From a virus: DNA of 64,000 nt. The notes under the pieces are model-generated. The model saw nothing but the letters and a program-made list of their open reading frames with translations. It was not told where the DNA came from and ran no database searches. Of the stretch, positions 31,301 to 37,925 are shown piece after piece. A program made the translations under genes and the position numbers. The stretch covers positions 32,001-96,000 of the IMG/VR virus record IMGVR_UViG_3300021090_000723; one strand, written 5' to 3'. The first letter of the stretch is position 1, and every line of letters begins with the position of its first letter.

Positions 31301-33665
31301 CCTTGGCCTCTTTATCGAGCCGGTCCTTGGCCTTGGCGTTCTTCGGCGGCTTGCCGGTGGCGGGATCGTTGCCCGAGTCGATGTAGGCCTGCGCCGCGCG
31401 CAGCTGGTTGATGGGCTCTTCGAAGTGCCGCAACGCCTCATCGTGGAAGGCGCGCAGCGTTTCGGTGCGCTCTTCCGGCGTCTCGGCCGGGTTCTCGTCC
31501 CAGAAGCCGGGGCGTCCGGCTTCGCGCAGCGCTTCATCCGCAGGCTCGGGGAACGTCTTCTTGAAGTCGAAGGGCAGTCGTTTGCCGCTCGACTTCTTGC
31601 CCTTTTCCTTGGCGAGATCGGCGGCCTCGCGCTCGATCTGGGCCATTTCCGCCTCGACGTCCTGGGCGGGCTTGGTGCCCGGCACGGTGAACGTCTCCTT
31701 GGGCGGCGTCTCCCTGATCCATTCCTCACTAGGCTCACCTGGCGGCTGGGTGAGATCGGCGCGCTTGACGTCGCCGGTCTTCACGTTGTGCCAGCCGATC
31801 TGGTTGTCCTCTTCGTCGAAGAGCGCTTGCCAGTCCTTGCCACGGGGCTTGGGCGGCATTTCTGCCTTCGGCGGCTGGGTTGGTGGCTTGGGCGGTGGCT
31901 CTGGAGCCTGTTCGGCCGCACCCGCTGGCGGCTCTCCTGGCGCGCCTGGGCGCTCCATCGTGGGCTCGACGCGCGGCTTTTCCGGCTCGCCCTCGCCCCG
32001 GACGAACGGGTGCGTGGCCGCCGCGATCGTGCCGCCCATCACGCCGCCGGTGAGGCCCGCGGCGATCACTGCGCGGGTGGCTTCACCGAACGTCATCTTC
32101 TCGTTCAGGATGCCCATGGAATAGCCGGTCTGGAGCACCTGGGTGAACATTTCCTGGATGCCTTCGGCGCCTGCCGCCTTGAGCGTGCGCGGCAGGAACT
32201 TCCCGCCCTCCTTGATGATGATCCCGAGCGGGATTTTCTCGCCGGCTGTTTCGGCGAAGGCCATGAACGCGCCGTCGAGCGCGGCCTGGGTGGGCGAGCG
32301 GCCGTTCTTGGCGGACTCGCTGTACTGCTCCAGGCCGACCTGGCTTCCCATCATGGCGAGGCCGATGGCCGGGCTTCTGGTCAGGATGGACGCGCCGACG
32401 GTCGCCAGCATGGGCACGCCGGACTCGATGGCGTTGAAGTAGACACCCTTGATGCTGAGTGGATCGAGGTCTTTCGGGGCGCTCTCCTCGAGATCCTTGA
32501 GCGCGGCGAAGGCGATCTTGCCGCCGATGGTGCTGCCAGCGTCCTTGACCGCCTTCTCGCGCGCGGCGAGCATGCCCTGGTACGCCTCTTCGACCTGTGG
32601 CGGCAGCTTGCCGGTGAACGGATTGACCTGTTCGATCGGATAAGGGACCGGGGCCTGGTCCATGGCGAGAATCGCGCCGCCGATCATGTTCTTCAGGTGC
32701 AGCGGCACGCGCTCGGCGGCCGCCATGGTCAGTTCACCGAAGCTGGGCCCGGGGTCCTTCTTGCCGATGCCCGCGATGAACGCGCGCGCCGCGCCGGCGC
32801 CGACGCCTTCCACGTCGGGTTGCTCGATGGGCTTGAACGGCTTCTGTTTGGCCGCGAACGCCTCGGCGGCCGCGGGCGTCTCGAACTTGCCCATGTGCTG
32901 GCCGGTCTGCTTGTAGCGCTCGATGATCGCTTCGTCTGACTCGCCCTCGGTCAGCTGCGGGAGCACGGTCTCCTTGAAGATGCCGTTCTCCGTGAACTCG
33001 AACGAGCGCGTGCCCGCAAAGTCGCCCTTGTAGTTGCCCGGTTCGAGCAGGCCCGGCTCCTGGCGCACGAAGTCCGGCTTGTCAGCGACCGCCTGCGGCG
33101 CAGCGGTGATCGGCTCTTCGGAAACGATCGCATACGGATCATCGCCGCCGGGCGGCGCAGCGGAGATCGCCGTCGGGTCGATCGGCTCTTCGGAAACGAT
33201 GGCATACGGGTCGTCCTGCGGCCCCTGAGACATTTGGACCACGCGCTGGACGTAGTCGTTCGTCTCCGGGAACGGGATCTGGGCGATGAACTCGGCTTCG
33301 CTGATCTCGCCCTTGCGCGGATCGCCCAGGCGGTTGAGCCAGCCTTCGAGCGCGCCCGGGCCAGCGTTGTAGGCCGCACCCGCGAGCGCCGGGCTTCCAT
33401 AGCGCTCAAGCATGGCGGCCGCATAGTCGACGCCTACGCGGTCAAGCTCTTCCGGAGTGTCGTTCGCCGCCGGGCGGACGCCAAAGCCCGGGTCCTTCGC
33501 GGTGCCCGGCATAACCTGCATTTCGGAGCGCGCGCCCTTGGGAGAGACCGCGTTGATCGGGCTCGCTTCCGCGCGCCGGATGATGCTGGGGAAATCGACA
33601 GGCGTGGGCGCGAGCCCTCCGCCGTCCATCGGTTCTTCCGAGACGACGTCCCATTCGTTGACCAT
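16365..33665 (-). CDS. Giant polyvalent virion/ejection protein (5766 aa): SLT transglycosylase, PPase-like, LPD1-like, N6-adenine MTase + SNF2 helicase (DarB-like), JAB-like, zincin, LPD38-like
   Basis: AVSPKGA..EMQVMP/AAYNAGPG/ET.DYV (SLT); ADYGYI...GAD..D.Y.GP...DEHK (PPase); FGFRGVEFGNW..HEWGHALD; VLEPGMGIGNF and GNVPFG (MTase); VGAGKT, DEAH, TGTPISN, QREGRIERQGN (SF2); HHNH.....S.AD (JAB); HEVIH; IEEIQSDWHQ; NFNRRG..LYLFYNASIQG. Confidence 0.9.
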   Translation of the reverse strand: MVNEWDVVSEEPMDGGGLAPTPVDFPSIIRRAEASPINAVSPKGARSEMQVMPGTAKDPGFGVRPAANDTPEELDRVGVDYAAAMLERYGSPALAGAAYNAGPGALEGWLNRLGDPRKGEISEAEFIAQIPFPETNDYVQRVVQMSQGPQDDPYAIVSEEPIDPTAISAAPPGGDDPYAIVSEEPITAAPQAVADKPDFVRQEPGLLEPGNYKGDFAGTRSFEFTENGIFKETVLPQLTEGESDEAIIERYKQTGQHMGKFETPAAAEAFAAKQKPFKPIEQPDVEGVGAGAARAFIAGIGKKDPGPSFGELTMAAAERVPLHLKNMIGGAILAMDQAPVPYPIEQVNPFTGKLPPQVEEAYQGMLAAREKAVKDAGSTIGGKIAFAALKDLEESAPKDLDPLSIKGVYFNAIESGVPMLATVGASILTRSPAIGLAMMGSQVGLEQYSESAKNGRSPTQAALDGAFMAFAETAGEKIPLGIIIKEGGKFLPRTLKAAGAEGIQEMFTQVLQTGYSMGILNEKMTFGEATRAVIAAGLTGGVMGGTIAAATHPFVRGEGEPEKPRVEPTMERPGAPGEPPAGAAEQAPEPPPKPPTQPPKAEMPPKPRGKDWQALFDEEDNQIGWHNVKTGDVKRADLTQPPGEPSEEWIRETPPKETFTVPGTKPAQDVEAEMAQIEREAADLAKEKGKKSSGKRLPFDFKKTFPEPADEALREAGRPGFWDENPAETPEERTETLRAFHDEALRHFEEPINQLRAAQAYIDSGNDPATGKPPKNAKAKDRLDKEAKEAFTAAPEEFVNWWGAYADSFGVEAADVFQEHILRNYDTKTGLMRAALETRIADERADEARRMAQREGEGPVEPLPGLITPPARELAPGEKSGEDVMEPTTDEIVQMEADRAEEEAQEERFTPEPGWDKSIYAARAAAKGLRLEWYGKKFPDLVKDIGDYLVEREQPEAPEHPMAQDLDDYRQREFHLSAYQHNMAETQKRMDEALAGPKKPSKINLDTWKSQIERYKVDIAKAKAEQSDLEYKWPTIAKEAKSQRAAEDAEHDARRAREKVARDEHEAVMERGEVVLDTGKLLPAKAKKSSSNLAFMIVYDPQEARYTVPRISYNITSQAGGMGGSHANEFATLDEAKAYVTSYVERAMSGSWPDSAKRDALGLIASAKEQLAKIKHVARAPEGTKTNPVKRPETEEDIQPARDAVAKETTEAQREAGNYAKGHIENWNGLDITIETPKGTDRLGPEGEDGKPIWTNVNILADYGYIKRSIGADAKPNAPPNQQEKLDIYLGPNLKSDKVFVIDQYDPKTGKFDEHKAIAAVDTPEQAIAVYDAGYSDGSGPQRRKNGGLEMNVADFKRWIEEGDTTTAILPQAVDVSRETIEAPEKRPVKEPRKPVTDRRAPMPKMTDVGEAMAGKRAQAKAKVEKIEDLDKMLEQALDARDLRSRLAADATTGAHVFADFVSRSFVTFTEQEGKNQGGGRGKWRTPFRKTLEKRWEEKRETILENAAEYIGAMEILGDALAGAKNVEDIHAALKRLIVKEVQRPEGMSARVIATDWAQKTLRPYLHHYSWPNLWRLDEGLPHFRDDNTMPTRATPLVRPSIRIEDITRPGLPERRKAGKNVKAEDFRKTFGFRGVEFGNWVTGREGQAHVNAAYDALMDFAEIMGVPAKAISIGGKLGLAFGSRGSGFGSAHYEPDTNVINLTKTKGDGSLSHEWGHALDFNLRAGGVRVPAIDKEIEALVKRNREGTINSMELSDKVKPLQAEKKALLAAGQSARALLASVNGTLSHTWDVEGAIKMVDNLLTGRSHIRGRQGLGPLKTAEQYVDHLWQNEGWSAKLTTKFKRNAQELGKYWVRPEELWARSFESFIYDELAAKGQTSPYLVNGWVAEGQTTKEAGYRGTPYPAEEERANFALMWRGLLDQLEWNEDGSLKEKTYTPLPDSKQAVEEALKKIDIPKRWAELEREKRAKGQPGKLPEQGGRAPAGAPTTGVRGPEGGGEAGAEGPGPIGIDSELGQQPTSASEPGRASGETDQAGAERPPDGGVGRPEGVSPDEREGSLGDRAKRGIRGLNFRIAEDADYATGSPAQRIVKNIEAIRVALDLEKGGQLASREDQEQLAHYVGWGATGLAKIFDEGRGLDYGLIPYREQLKAMLTPEQFASARATTINAHYTSQDVVRGIWDGVTELGFTGSGNVLEPGMGIGNFMGMRPKGSDPKFIGVELDDVTGKIARALYPEARIFVQGFEDTALPEDSVDLVIGNVPFGDIRPADKMYNKGRPLSLHNYFIFKSLKLVKPGGVLALVTSRYTMDSQDKTARTMIRDAGGDLIGAIRLPNTAFKENAGTQVVTDILFIRKRKEGEPAGKPDWLEAKEFRVGTSPATVNQYFKDNPNMILGTNAVTRGMYREDEYTVTGTATGLREKIANAVQAMMEKSALRFDPEAGDVDTYDDLAPPPDTVKDNAFFERDGKLFQRVLQSSVPVELSDGQAGRVRLLIRLRDKAREILTAQRGEWEGKGTAPWVAPQKELGKLYAQFVKAFGYINQVQISRRTMPDGEVREYRRYPNMLAFRDDPDAALVSALERFDEEKNEGIKGPIFTDRVVEPTREILRVNTPDEALIASMNMKGIVDVPYMAKILGRQPSTFLNELKGRIFKNPATGAYEPSEVYLSGNVRGKLAFARDAAKGEPEWAENVKALEVVQPVDLKPSQIAVRMGTPWIPNSDVEGFISELLETEAIVEYVPKEATWHVRIAQEGTAPNTQTWSVNWTTSRAEGKSIARRGIDLIRDALNQKSTVISWQDSEGKTHTDMNATIVAQEKQNDIKERFSKWIWKDPERGARLSRFYNDNFNNLRVATFNGDHLTLPGSSSTIELRSTQKKAVWRYLVSGNTLLDHLVGAGKTFTAIAAAMEAKRIGLLSKPLFSVPNHMLEQFSREFMQLYPNASILVADERAFAGDNRRRFVARAAAGNWDAIIMTHSSFERVGMSAKFQADYIRDEIAEYADLIRAARETDTGGRSPTVKQLEAAKKRREEKLRELMQAKDKDRGLSFEEMGVDGIFVDEAHLFKNLEFATKITNMNPPSSQRAFDLYLKTKYIDKMTPGRGLMFMTGTPISNSMAEMYTMQRYLQPRGLAERGLSHFDAWASTFGDTVTQAEITPEGGKAMLKTRFARFRNIPELISMYRQFSDLVSKDDLIATGQVKLPKISGGGPKTIIVPASDALKAYIAEIGERAEAVRKREVTPDEDNMLLISTDGRKASLDLRVVDPAARKEKVRKASEVASNAARIYKAGAKEKHTQIIFCDMSVPSNVAYSIYRDIKEELVKKGVNANDVAFVQDANTDQKKANLFADVRAGRKRILLGSTEKMGIGTNVQDRLKALHHVDPSWRPSDIEQREGRIERQGNTNEEIDLFRYVTEGSFDAYMWQTVERKARFINQIKRGDPSVREAEDIDEQVLSFAEAKALAAGNPLILDKAKADSDVDRLSRLRGAHYDNIHEMEWQIHRLPGEIAGMEEARGRVKADHAAYLERKDKPHYTILGTVYEKRVDASKALADIIEKAWNLQKSKNEAQGRKRNAEIEDIPIGKMYGFPISVEVDGYYQPQAVIHGKMTDKVELDLQSLKLGAISRIENFFKSRPGEIDYRQAKIDTAKKKLVDFKELVKVPFEREDQYQAALKRQRKIDQALGLIEADPQPVAGAPEPDLPPRRSAGFILSEAPGEGLGLAPPARPPRDEGMLARRIVEGNSDLADDLGKFVAKKKAKTPAAVNVAIGDWLRAFGERTKTEAAVAYDPATQTVIAAETSGKDTYVNLRGKIEDALSKPDARIVFHHNHTMPYGLSFADLTLLDLPGLDWMIAHTTEGQWHAARLTPETRRAFADLDLTLWSSPSDILNKMLQESQNAQGRVGRSLIRERGLDRNLAVANFSHNFAVGLARAGLIDYRSSVVVPESLAATFDTMAQAGAEAIASPLKAIGVVNVSDRGTAPTQFADGIAEILGEDQGLAVEPRGGAGEGARPEGVGRGLERLRLPQAPPVIETGDGVTFTFSPEFEAKREQLAADLRAYLVNRNLPLAVRVADAIADPEGHEADGHFDITKNLITIALDTKDPFGTITHEVIHGLRNLGFFTKSEWATLEAAAKDKWKRTFDIVGKYYKPDVQTEETIAFAAQNYEPSNEFAKAGLATKVLQRVRNFFEGLRNFFRGRGFQTPEDIFKRIESGRIGKRGKAGPTRSEAKFALKPQPPAPFFSTLARTIEASKQEKASGIQWQAFIKNARGITKDETEWTGVNEWLESQQGPVTKQALLDFIRENNVQIEEVEKGRAPGDDEGPYPENIEDWLPDEERTIQPEGQRYYSEMAFDADDASVTFHYDQRGVVTRVNAIRAGRELGDFGDFIEAREAIHRDAGIVAEGGATKFESQTLPGGENYRELLLTLPQIGVPFDPAKVRIERNRRSTTQGDVTVFYGDHKVGTWDDPIVLNSVTKKYEGPNDAHWIDVMRRRYPGDRSLAIDALSGQFRSGHFDEANILAHVRFKDRADADGKRVLFIEEIQSDWHQKGRRQGYSVKETRSPVFSIFDDQGELVGTRPTLDQAQEFIRDKHGRRPAWNRDDQAPMDTTNWTIKEGEAIEKRTGVPDAPFKSTWHEIALKRMLRYAAENGYDRLAWTTGAQQAERYNLAKHVNSLRLTDNVSGGIGRPRMDGPFERGHLIAYGKRNEEAINRQIESRDDLAELVGAELADKLLAVTPVEGRSAGLGVRVREISGLDLTVGGEGMKGFYDRIVPQFLNRYAKKWDAKVGTTKIDTGKESEPSWTVAETHPQKKQGVIDVHSLDVTPAMRESVMEGQGLFARRMPPGANAFTMFTDSPQPSVVDYLRNSNLSLMERLKGAASLSAINASFDKWRVGFQDRYLKVARMQAAIEQMLGRPLTEEENAYLAEELSSGRKGAKLEDLFERQIRPLVLAMHERGISREELETFLYARHAPERNARINEINPKFREEGIAGSGMSDEDARGIMDEVDKTGRRADFDALAGMVDDVLAFALNTRVEAGLMSEEQAEAWRATYRDYVPLRGVAELDPEVEADRPRPGKGFDVKGKESHRAFGRQSPARDILAYAFMQAEEAIIRGENNRIGNAIYELAKAAPNENFWKVDKVAMRPVWIKARQEVQYWPVRRILAEDAPYTLSTKIDGQEHRITFNRNNPVARDLAQGLKGLGQDQISLLIRNFGAINRILSHVNTTLNPEFVITNAFRDAQTALSNIQAHGDIKGITKGTVKDYRKALVASSRSAFKAEPGKTLMPWMAKDQAEWDRWAQEFRENGGRVYFNQMEDVLELRKRLDGQMREIGTSKLNPIMAMKTLGRIIENTNIGVENAIRLSAYKNARERGFTPAKAASLAKNLTVNFNRRGSWGPLMNSLYLFYNASIQGTATLLTAWKSPRVRKVAAFAVLTGFLLDFLNAFVSDEDDDGQLLYDKVTPFDKSRNLIVMTPSEGGVAAKIPLPYGYNIFYGVGRSIAEVMRGKDPLESAGNLAITIMDSFNPVGGAQNLLNMIAPTTMDPVVDLFMNKDYAGRPIAPEQSQYGPQVPNSQRYWNSVSPAYKAVTDFLSTASGGTGVEPGLIEISPEWLDYGFGVAWGAAGTFYERNFLDLPMKFADPTSTITFNDIPFVRRVVTSKPPWIDKATFYERINKIEQSRAYARDYQREGRRPEARGFVQENRAMLSLYNDANNARTELSEIRASRAQAKMALEQGRMARPRYNEQVRILNEAEERIIRMFNAEYLERTRRRP
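21620..21769 (-). CDS. Nested overprinted small gene (49 aa) in +1 frame of the giant ORF
   Basis: GGAG-7 nt-ATG; MYLIEEPPPLSSPMALRRFLARTKDLPSSPEVEQARARAQKALEEALKD; GC3 bias shifts to this frame. Confidence 0.6.
   Translation of the reverse strand: MYLIEEPPPLSSPMALRRFLARTKDLPSSPEVEQARARAQKALEEALKD
27452..27763 (-). CDS. Nested overprinted gene (103 aa) in +1 frame of the giant ORF; TnpV-like helical protein
   Basis: AAGGGA RBS before GTG; Y.....HL..HRP.....L...GKL pattern; nested frame is GC3-rich while the host frame is a Gly/Pro/Glu linker. Confidence 0.75.
   Translation of the reverse strand: MQKVSPESYRSKVEGHLRVHRPQEFAGLKAEGKLEQRVQDLSESIANWVNSQLPQVSQDEPLERRIKLERSALLMAESDALREYLPMSEREASGIGPSGGYED
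29526..29541. promoter_or_regulatory. parS: Perfect chromosomal-type parS site
   Basis: TGTTTCACGTGAAACA, 16/16 match to the bacterial parS consensus palindrome; encodes VSRET in the giant ORF. Confidence 0.85.
33109..33215. repeat. Direct repeat (about 35 nt, 72-nt period) encoding DDPYAIVSEEPI twice
   Basis: ATCGGCTCTTCGGAAACGAT at 33109 and 33181; a third degenerate copy (WDVVSEEP) at the N-terminus. Confidence 0.8.
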
Positions 33666-33669
33666 GACG

Positions 33670-35058
33670 TCACTGCAACCTTACAGGCTTGCCGTTCTTG
33701 AGGGTCCACTTCTCGCCGCCGGAGAACGTGGTGACCACGCCCTCCTTGAGACGAGAAGCGACCTGCGGGGGCAAGGTCTTGGCACCACCCGCAGGAGCGG
33801 CAGCAGGCGCCGCGGCAGATGCCGGCGGCTTCATTTCGTCGGCTTTGACGACGCCCGCGCGCTGCTGCGGCAGCGGGAAGTTCGTCTTGAAGCCGGGATT
33901 GGTTGGCGTGTTCGCGTCGATCGGTTCGCCGGGCGGTGTGGCCAGGGCGCCTGCACGGGCGCGCACGTTCTTGATGGCCTGCTGCTCGGCAGTGGCGTCT
34001 TCGATGCCGAAATTGTTCTCCATGATGAGCTTCTTCTCGGCCTGGACCAGGCGCTGGAAGGTGCCGGGGTTCTGGACGCTCTCGCGTAGCATCCCGACAG
34101 CCTCCGGAATATCCTTGGCGATCCCGTTGTCCACATAGAACTTCGCGTTCTTCTCAAGCGTGGTGGGCGCATTGCTCGCATTGCTGATGGGCGTGGTGCG
34201 TTTCACGCCCGGGAAGAAGACTGGCGGGTCGTCGCCCGTGGTCGGGTAGCGATAGGAGCCCGCGACCTCCTTGCCGTCCGGACCGGGGCCTTGACCTGCT
34301 GACCAGGTGTAGCGGCCGCGCTCGGCCAGATCCTCGCGAGACTCGCGGTCGGCCGTGCGCTGGGCGATCTGGGCGTCGCGGTATTCGTTAAGTTCGCGCT
34401 CCCGCTGCATGCGCGCGGCGATGGCTTCCCTGTTCTGATCGGCCAGGCGCCCTTGCGTGAAGAACTGCTCGGCCAGGCGCTGGCGCTGATCCTGCGCTTG
34501 CCCTTCGGCGGTGGCCTCGTCCCAGCCGACCCCGGCTTGCGCGATGTCGAGTGTGTTGAGCGCCTTGGCCTGCTCGACCGCCGCGGCGCGCCGCTCGTCC
34601 ATCGCGCCTTGGCGCATCATGGCCGCGTTCGAGATCGCCTCGGAAAAGCGGCCCGTGCGCGTCGGCGCGCCGATGCCGAGCGCCCACGCCCGCTGCGGGT
34701 CGGGCATCAGCTTGTCGAGATCCTTGATGCGGATCTTGGCGTTTTCTAGCGCATCGCGCTTCTTCTGCGCCGCCTGCTGGCGCGCGTCCTTCAGCGCATT
34801 GGCTTGCGCGAGAGGTCCGCCGCCGAACTCGAGAAGCTCCGTGCCCCACTTGTCGAACGGGGTCTTGTTGCCGCCCGCCGACAGCGCGCCCTGCGCCCCT
34901 TCCGGGCGGTCAACCTGGAGATCGTCCTCGTTGCGCGTCGAGCCGGTCGCCGACAGCGCGCCGGCCACATCAGGCGCGCTCGGATCGTCGGCCATATCCA
35001 GCAGCTGCTGGAAGGGGCTCGGCGGACCTTGGAGGATGCTGGCGATAGGTGAGGCCAT
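33670..35058 (-). CDS. Putative DNA ejection/internal virion protein
   Basis: Ala/Gln-rich helical protein directly upstream of the giant protein. Confidence 0.65.
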   Translation of the reverse strand: MASPIASILQGPPSPFQQLLDMADDPSAPDVAGALSATGSTRNEDDLQVDRPEGAQGALSAGGNKTPFDKWGTELLEFGGGPLAQANALKDARQQAAQKKRDALENAKIRIKDLDKLMPDPQRAWALGIGAPTRTGRFSEAISNAAMMRQGAMDERRAAAVEQAKALNTLDIAQAGVGWDEATAEGQAQDQRQRLAEQFFTQGRLADQNREAIAARMQRERELNEYRDAQIAQRTADRESREDLAERGRYTWSAGQGPGPDGKEVAGSYRYPTTGDDPPVFFPGVKRTTPISNASNAPTTLEKNAKFYVDNGIAKDIPEAVGMLRESVQNPGTFQRLVQAEKKLIMENNFGIEDATAEQQAIKNVRARAGALATPPGEPIDANTPTNPGFKTNFPLPQQRAGVVKADEMKPPASAAAPAAAPAGGAKTLPPQVASRLKEGVVTTFSGGEKWTLKNGKPVRLQ

Positions 35059-35065
35059 TTCTCAC

Positions 35066-35989
35066 CTACGCCGCGCGACGGTACGACAGCGCTCCGCGCG
35101 AGTGCGCATAGGGGCGAGGACGGACGGCGCCGCCACGACGCATGCTGCCGCCTTGGAGGAACGACGCGAATGGCGACGGCGCGTAGGCTCCGGGATAGCT
35201 CGTCCCCACCTGCTGGGTCGTGTAGCCGCCGTACTGCGTCGGCAGACCGCGGATGATGTCCGACAGGTAGGTGAGGTTCTGGTACGGGAACGCGCGCTGT
35301 TCCGCGAAATCCCCATAGGCCTGGTCGAGATTGCCCTGGCGGTAGCGATCCTGAGCCGAGCCGGAGGCCGCCATCTGGCCGATGTCTCCAAGCCCCAGGC
35401 GTTGGCTGAGCGCGCCCAACTCGCCGAACTGCGCGCCGCCGGACATCATCTGGCCGCGCTGCGCAAGCGCTGCGTTCAATGCAGACCCGTAGCCGCCCGC
35501 CATCGCCTCCCCGATCGCGCCCTGGGTGTCGCGCGCGGCGCGCATGGTCATTTCCTGCTCTTGCGGGGACCGCGACTGCCCGGCGGAGACAAAGCGCGCC
35601 GAGATATCGGGGAGCAGGTTCTGGTTCAGGTTCCGGTTGAGCCCCTGGGTGACGTAGTCCTGGAAGGGGTTGAGGAACGGGGTGACGTCACCGGCCGACC
35701 ACGGCTTGGTCGCAGCCGAGGTGAGCGCGCCTGCCTGTTGCATGTACGGCTGATAGCCGCCCACGTTCTGTTGCCCCATCTTCCAGGCTTCTTGCGTGGC
35801 GCCCGACGGAGCAGCGATGCGCGGGCCCTGGTAGGGCTGATAGGGCTGGCCCGCGAGGTCGGTGGCCGCGCCGATCGTGTTGTAGATGGACTGCTGGAGC
35901 CAAAGCGGGAACTGGGTCGAGGAGTCCTGGCCGGTCGGAGCGGCGATCGGTGCCTGGCCCTGGAAGAGGAAGTCAAGTGCGCCAGCCAT
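35066..35989 (-). CDS. Putative DNA transfer/pilot protein
   Basis: YQPYQGPRIA, NPFQ..V, Q/G/A-rich; ejection-module position. Confidence 0.65.
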   Translation of the reverse strand: MAGALDFLFQGQAPIAAPTGQDSSTQFPLWLQQSIYNTIGAATDLAGQPYQPYQGPRIAAPSGATQEAWKMGQQNVGGYQPYMQQAGALTSAATKPWSAGDVTPFLNPFQDYVTQGLNRNLNQNLLPDISARFVSAGQSRSPQEQEMTMRAARDTQGAIGEAMAGGYGSALNAALAQRGQMMSGGAQFGELGALSQRLGLGDIGQMAASGSAQDRYRQGNLDQAYGDFAEQRAFPYQNLTYLSDIIRGLPTQYGGYTTQQVGTSYPGAYAPSPFASFLQGGSMRRGGAVRPRPYAHSRGALSYRRAA

Positions 35990-37125
35990 TAGCGACGTCC
36001 TCCCTTGGTGCCTGAGGCGAGATAGCTCATCGGCTCTTTCGATTTGCGCGGGATGACGCGCGGAGATCCTGTGGTGTGGCGCGCGAGGCGCGAGCGCATC
36101 TTGTCGAGCTTGCGCGCGCCCGCCTCATTTGACCCGTTGCCGAGCCTCGCGACTGTCGCGGCGTCCATCACGTACTCGCCGGCGGAGAGCTTCGCATCGA
36201 CGCTGTCGCTCTGGCCGTCGCCATCGCCCTGCACGAAACGATGCCCGGCGGCGGAATCGAAGGTGCCAGCGTTCGGCGGCATCCCGCCCTGGGCATCGCT
36301 GATGCGCGCCTGCGAGAGCGCGCCACCATGGGCGAGGTTCAGCTGGTTGTTGTTGAAGAACTGCGGCTGCGCCTGCGTGCCGTAGGAATACCAGTCGTTC
36401 GAGACCGGCTGATAGTTCTGGACCGGCGTCCGACTGATGTAGCCCGATTGCAGCGGCTTGTCGAAATAGGGCCCGCGTGTCGCGGCCGTGGTCTCAGGCC
36501 CAGGCATACCGCTGTAGTCCGGCTTGCCGCCCGCCGACAGCGCGCCGCCGAGCAGGTTCACGAGCCCCTTGCCCATGTTGAAGCCCTTGCCCTTGCCGTC
36601 CTCGCCCTTGGTCAGGCCCATGACGTTGCCGATGTCCGAGAGGAAGCCGCCTTGCGTCTTCCCGCCGCCACCACCACTCCAGTCGTCGATACCGAGGTCG
36701 AGCGGGTTGAAGCCGGGGCCGCTACTGAGTGCGCCGGCCGGGTTGCTGCCACTGCCGAACCCGCCAGCGCCCGGGATGTAGTTCCCGTCAGCGCCCATGG
36801 TGGCCTGACCGTACAGCCCCATGGCCCCCATCGTCTCCGGGAAGAAGTGGCTCGCGCCGCCCAGCGCGCCGCCGCCAAGACCGCCATAGAGCGCACCCTT
36901 GCCAACGTCGCCGCCAGACACCGCGGAAGATAGCGCGCCCACGCCTGCGCCGATCAAGGCAGGGGCGGCAACGCTCCCGATGATGCCTGCGGTCGCCGCG
37001 CCGACACCGGCGCCGGCCAGCGCCGAGGTGATACCACCGGCGATGAGGATCGAGAGCCCGAAATGGCACTCCCGCTTCGTCTTTGCGAGCCACCGTTCTT
37101 CATGTTCGTACTCGTGCCTCAGCAT
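35989..37125 (-). CDS. Putative ejection protein, Gly-rich with hydrophobic N-terminus
   Basis: AHGG motif; GDGDGQSDSV.AKLS.GEYV..A..V..LGNGS..AGA..L motif. Confidence 0.65.
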   Translation of the reverse strand: MLRHEYEHEERWLAKTKRECHFGLSILIAGGITSALAGAGVGAATAGIIGSVAAPALIGAGVGALSSAVSGGDVGKGALYGGLGGGALGGASHFFPETMGAMGLYGQATMGADGNYIPGAGGFGSGSNPAGALSSGPGFNPLDLGIDDWSGGGGGKTQGGFLSDIGNVMGLTKGEDGKGKGFNMGKGLVNLLGGALSAGGKPDYSGMPGPETTAATRGPYFDKPLQSGYISRTPVQNYQPVSNDWYSYGTQAQPQFFNNNQLNLAHGGALSQARISDAQGGMPPNAGTFDSAAGHRFVQGDGDGQSDSVDAKLSAGEYVMDAATVARLGNGSNEAGARKLDKMRSRLARHTTGSPRVIPRKSKEPMSYLASGTKGGRR

Positions 37126-37925
37126 TTGACGATCTCGAGCTTTCCGCTGACGAGACGGATCAGTCCGACATCCATGCGGATGGTCGGCGGATCTAGCGTC
37201 ACGAGTTCGATGGTCTTGTGCCGGGCTACCTGGGCCCAGCGATTGTACAATGAGACCGCCTTGGGCAACTGGCCGCCGATCATCATTTCAGTGCACGCGC
37301 CGACGATGCGGTTGTGGTCCAGGTCTTCCTCGTGCGGCGGCTCCGTGATTCCGATCTTCTTGGCCTGTTCGCGCATTTCCGCATGGGTGCGCGCGCCGAT
37401 CTGCTCCAGCATTTGGTCCTTCTGGACCCAGTCCTGAATGGTGATCGCGTAGAGATCGATGGGCGTGACCTGGCCCATGAAGCGGCTTCCGTCGGGCCGT
37501 GTCAGTTCGAACTTCATGCCCGCCGCGACCGAGAGGGTGCGCGCGGCCTGGTGTCCGTGCGGCACGCGGGTGACGACCTCGCAGGCGTCGGTGTTGCAGA
37601 ACATCCAGCGCAGGACGGCCTTGGCCATCGAGAGCGCCCAGGGCCCGCGCCCCTCAGGCCGCACGAGCGTGTGGACCTCGTAGAGAGCCGGCGTGAGCTT
37701 CAAGAGCATGCACCCGCCGTGCTCGCCCAAGAGCAGCACGTTGCTCTCGTTCCTGACCTGACCGGTGAGATCCAGCACGCCCTCGTCCGGATCGGCGATG
37801 AACGGGCGGATGTCTGGATGGTTGGCGAGCTCGTTCAGGCGCTTCGCCGCAAAGGAGCGCAAGACCTCGACCATGGGCCTTTGGGTCCGCGCGATCGGCG
37901 GCTCTTCCTTGCGCGAGGTCTTCAA
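37119..37925 (-). CDS. GNAT-fold/DUF2824-like virion-associated acetyltransferase
   Basis: YEVHT...P..RG.W......L.W.F motif; start may be ATG 37874. Confidence 0.65.
   Translation of the reverse strand: MKTSRKEEPPIARTQRPMVEVLRSFAAKRLNELANHPDIRPFIADPDEGVLDLTGQVRNESNVLLLGEHGGCMLLKLTPALYEVHTLVRPEGRGPWALSMAKAVLRWMFCNTDACEVVTRVPHGHQAARTLSVAAGMKFELTRPDGSRFMGQVTPIDLYAITIQDWVQKDQMLEQIGARTHAEMREQAKKIGITEPPHEEDLDHNRIVGACTEMMIGGQLPKAVSLYNRWAQVARHKTIELVTLDPPTIRMDVGLIRLVSGKLEIVKC

Noticed and set aside
21918-32939. Very long + strand ORFs (1845 aa, 1072 aa, 471 aa) opposite the giant gene
   Set aside because: Antisense shadows of a GC3-rich gene; no motifs or RBS
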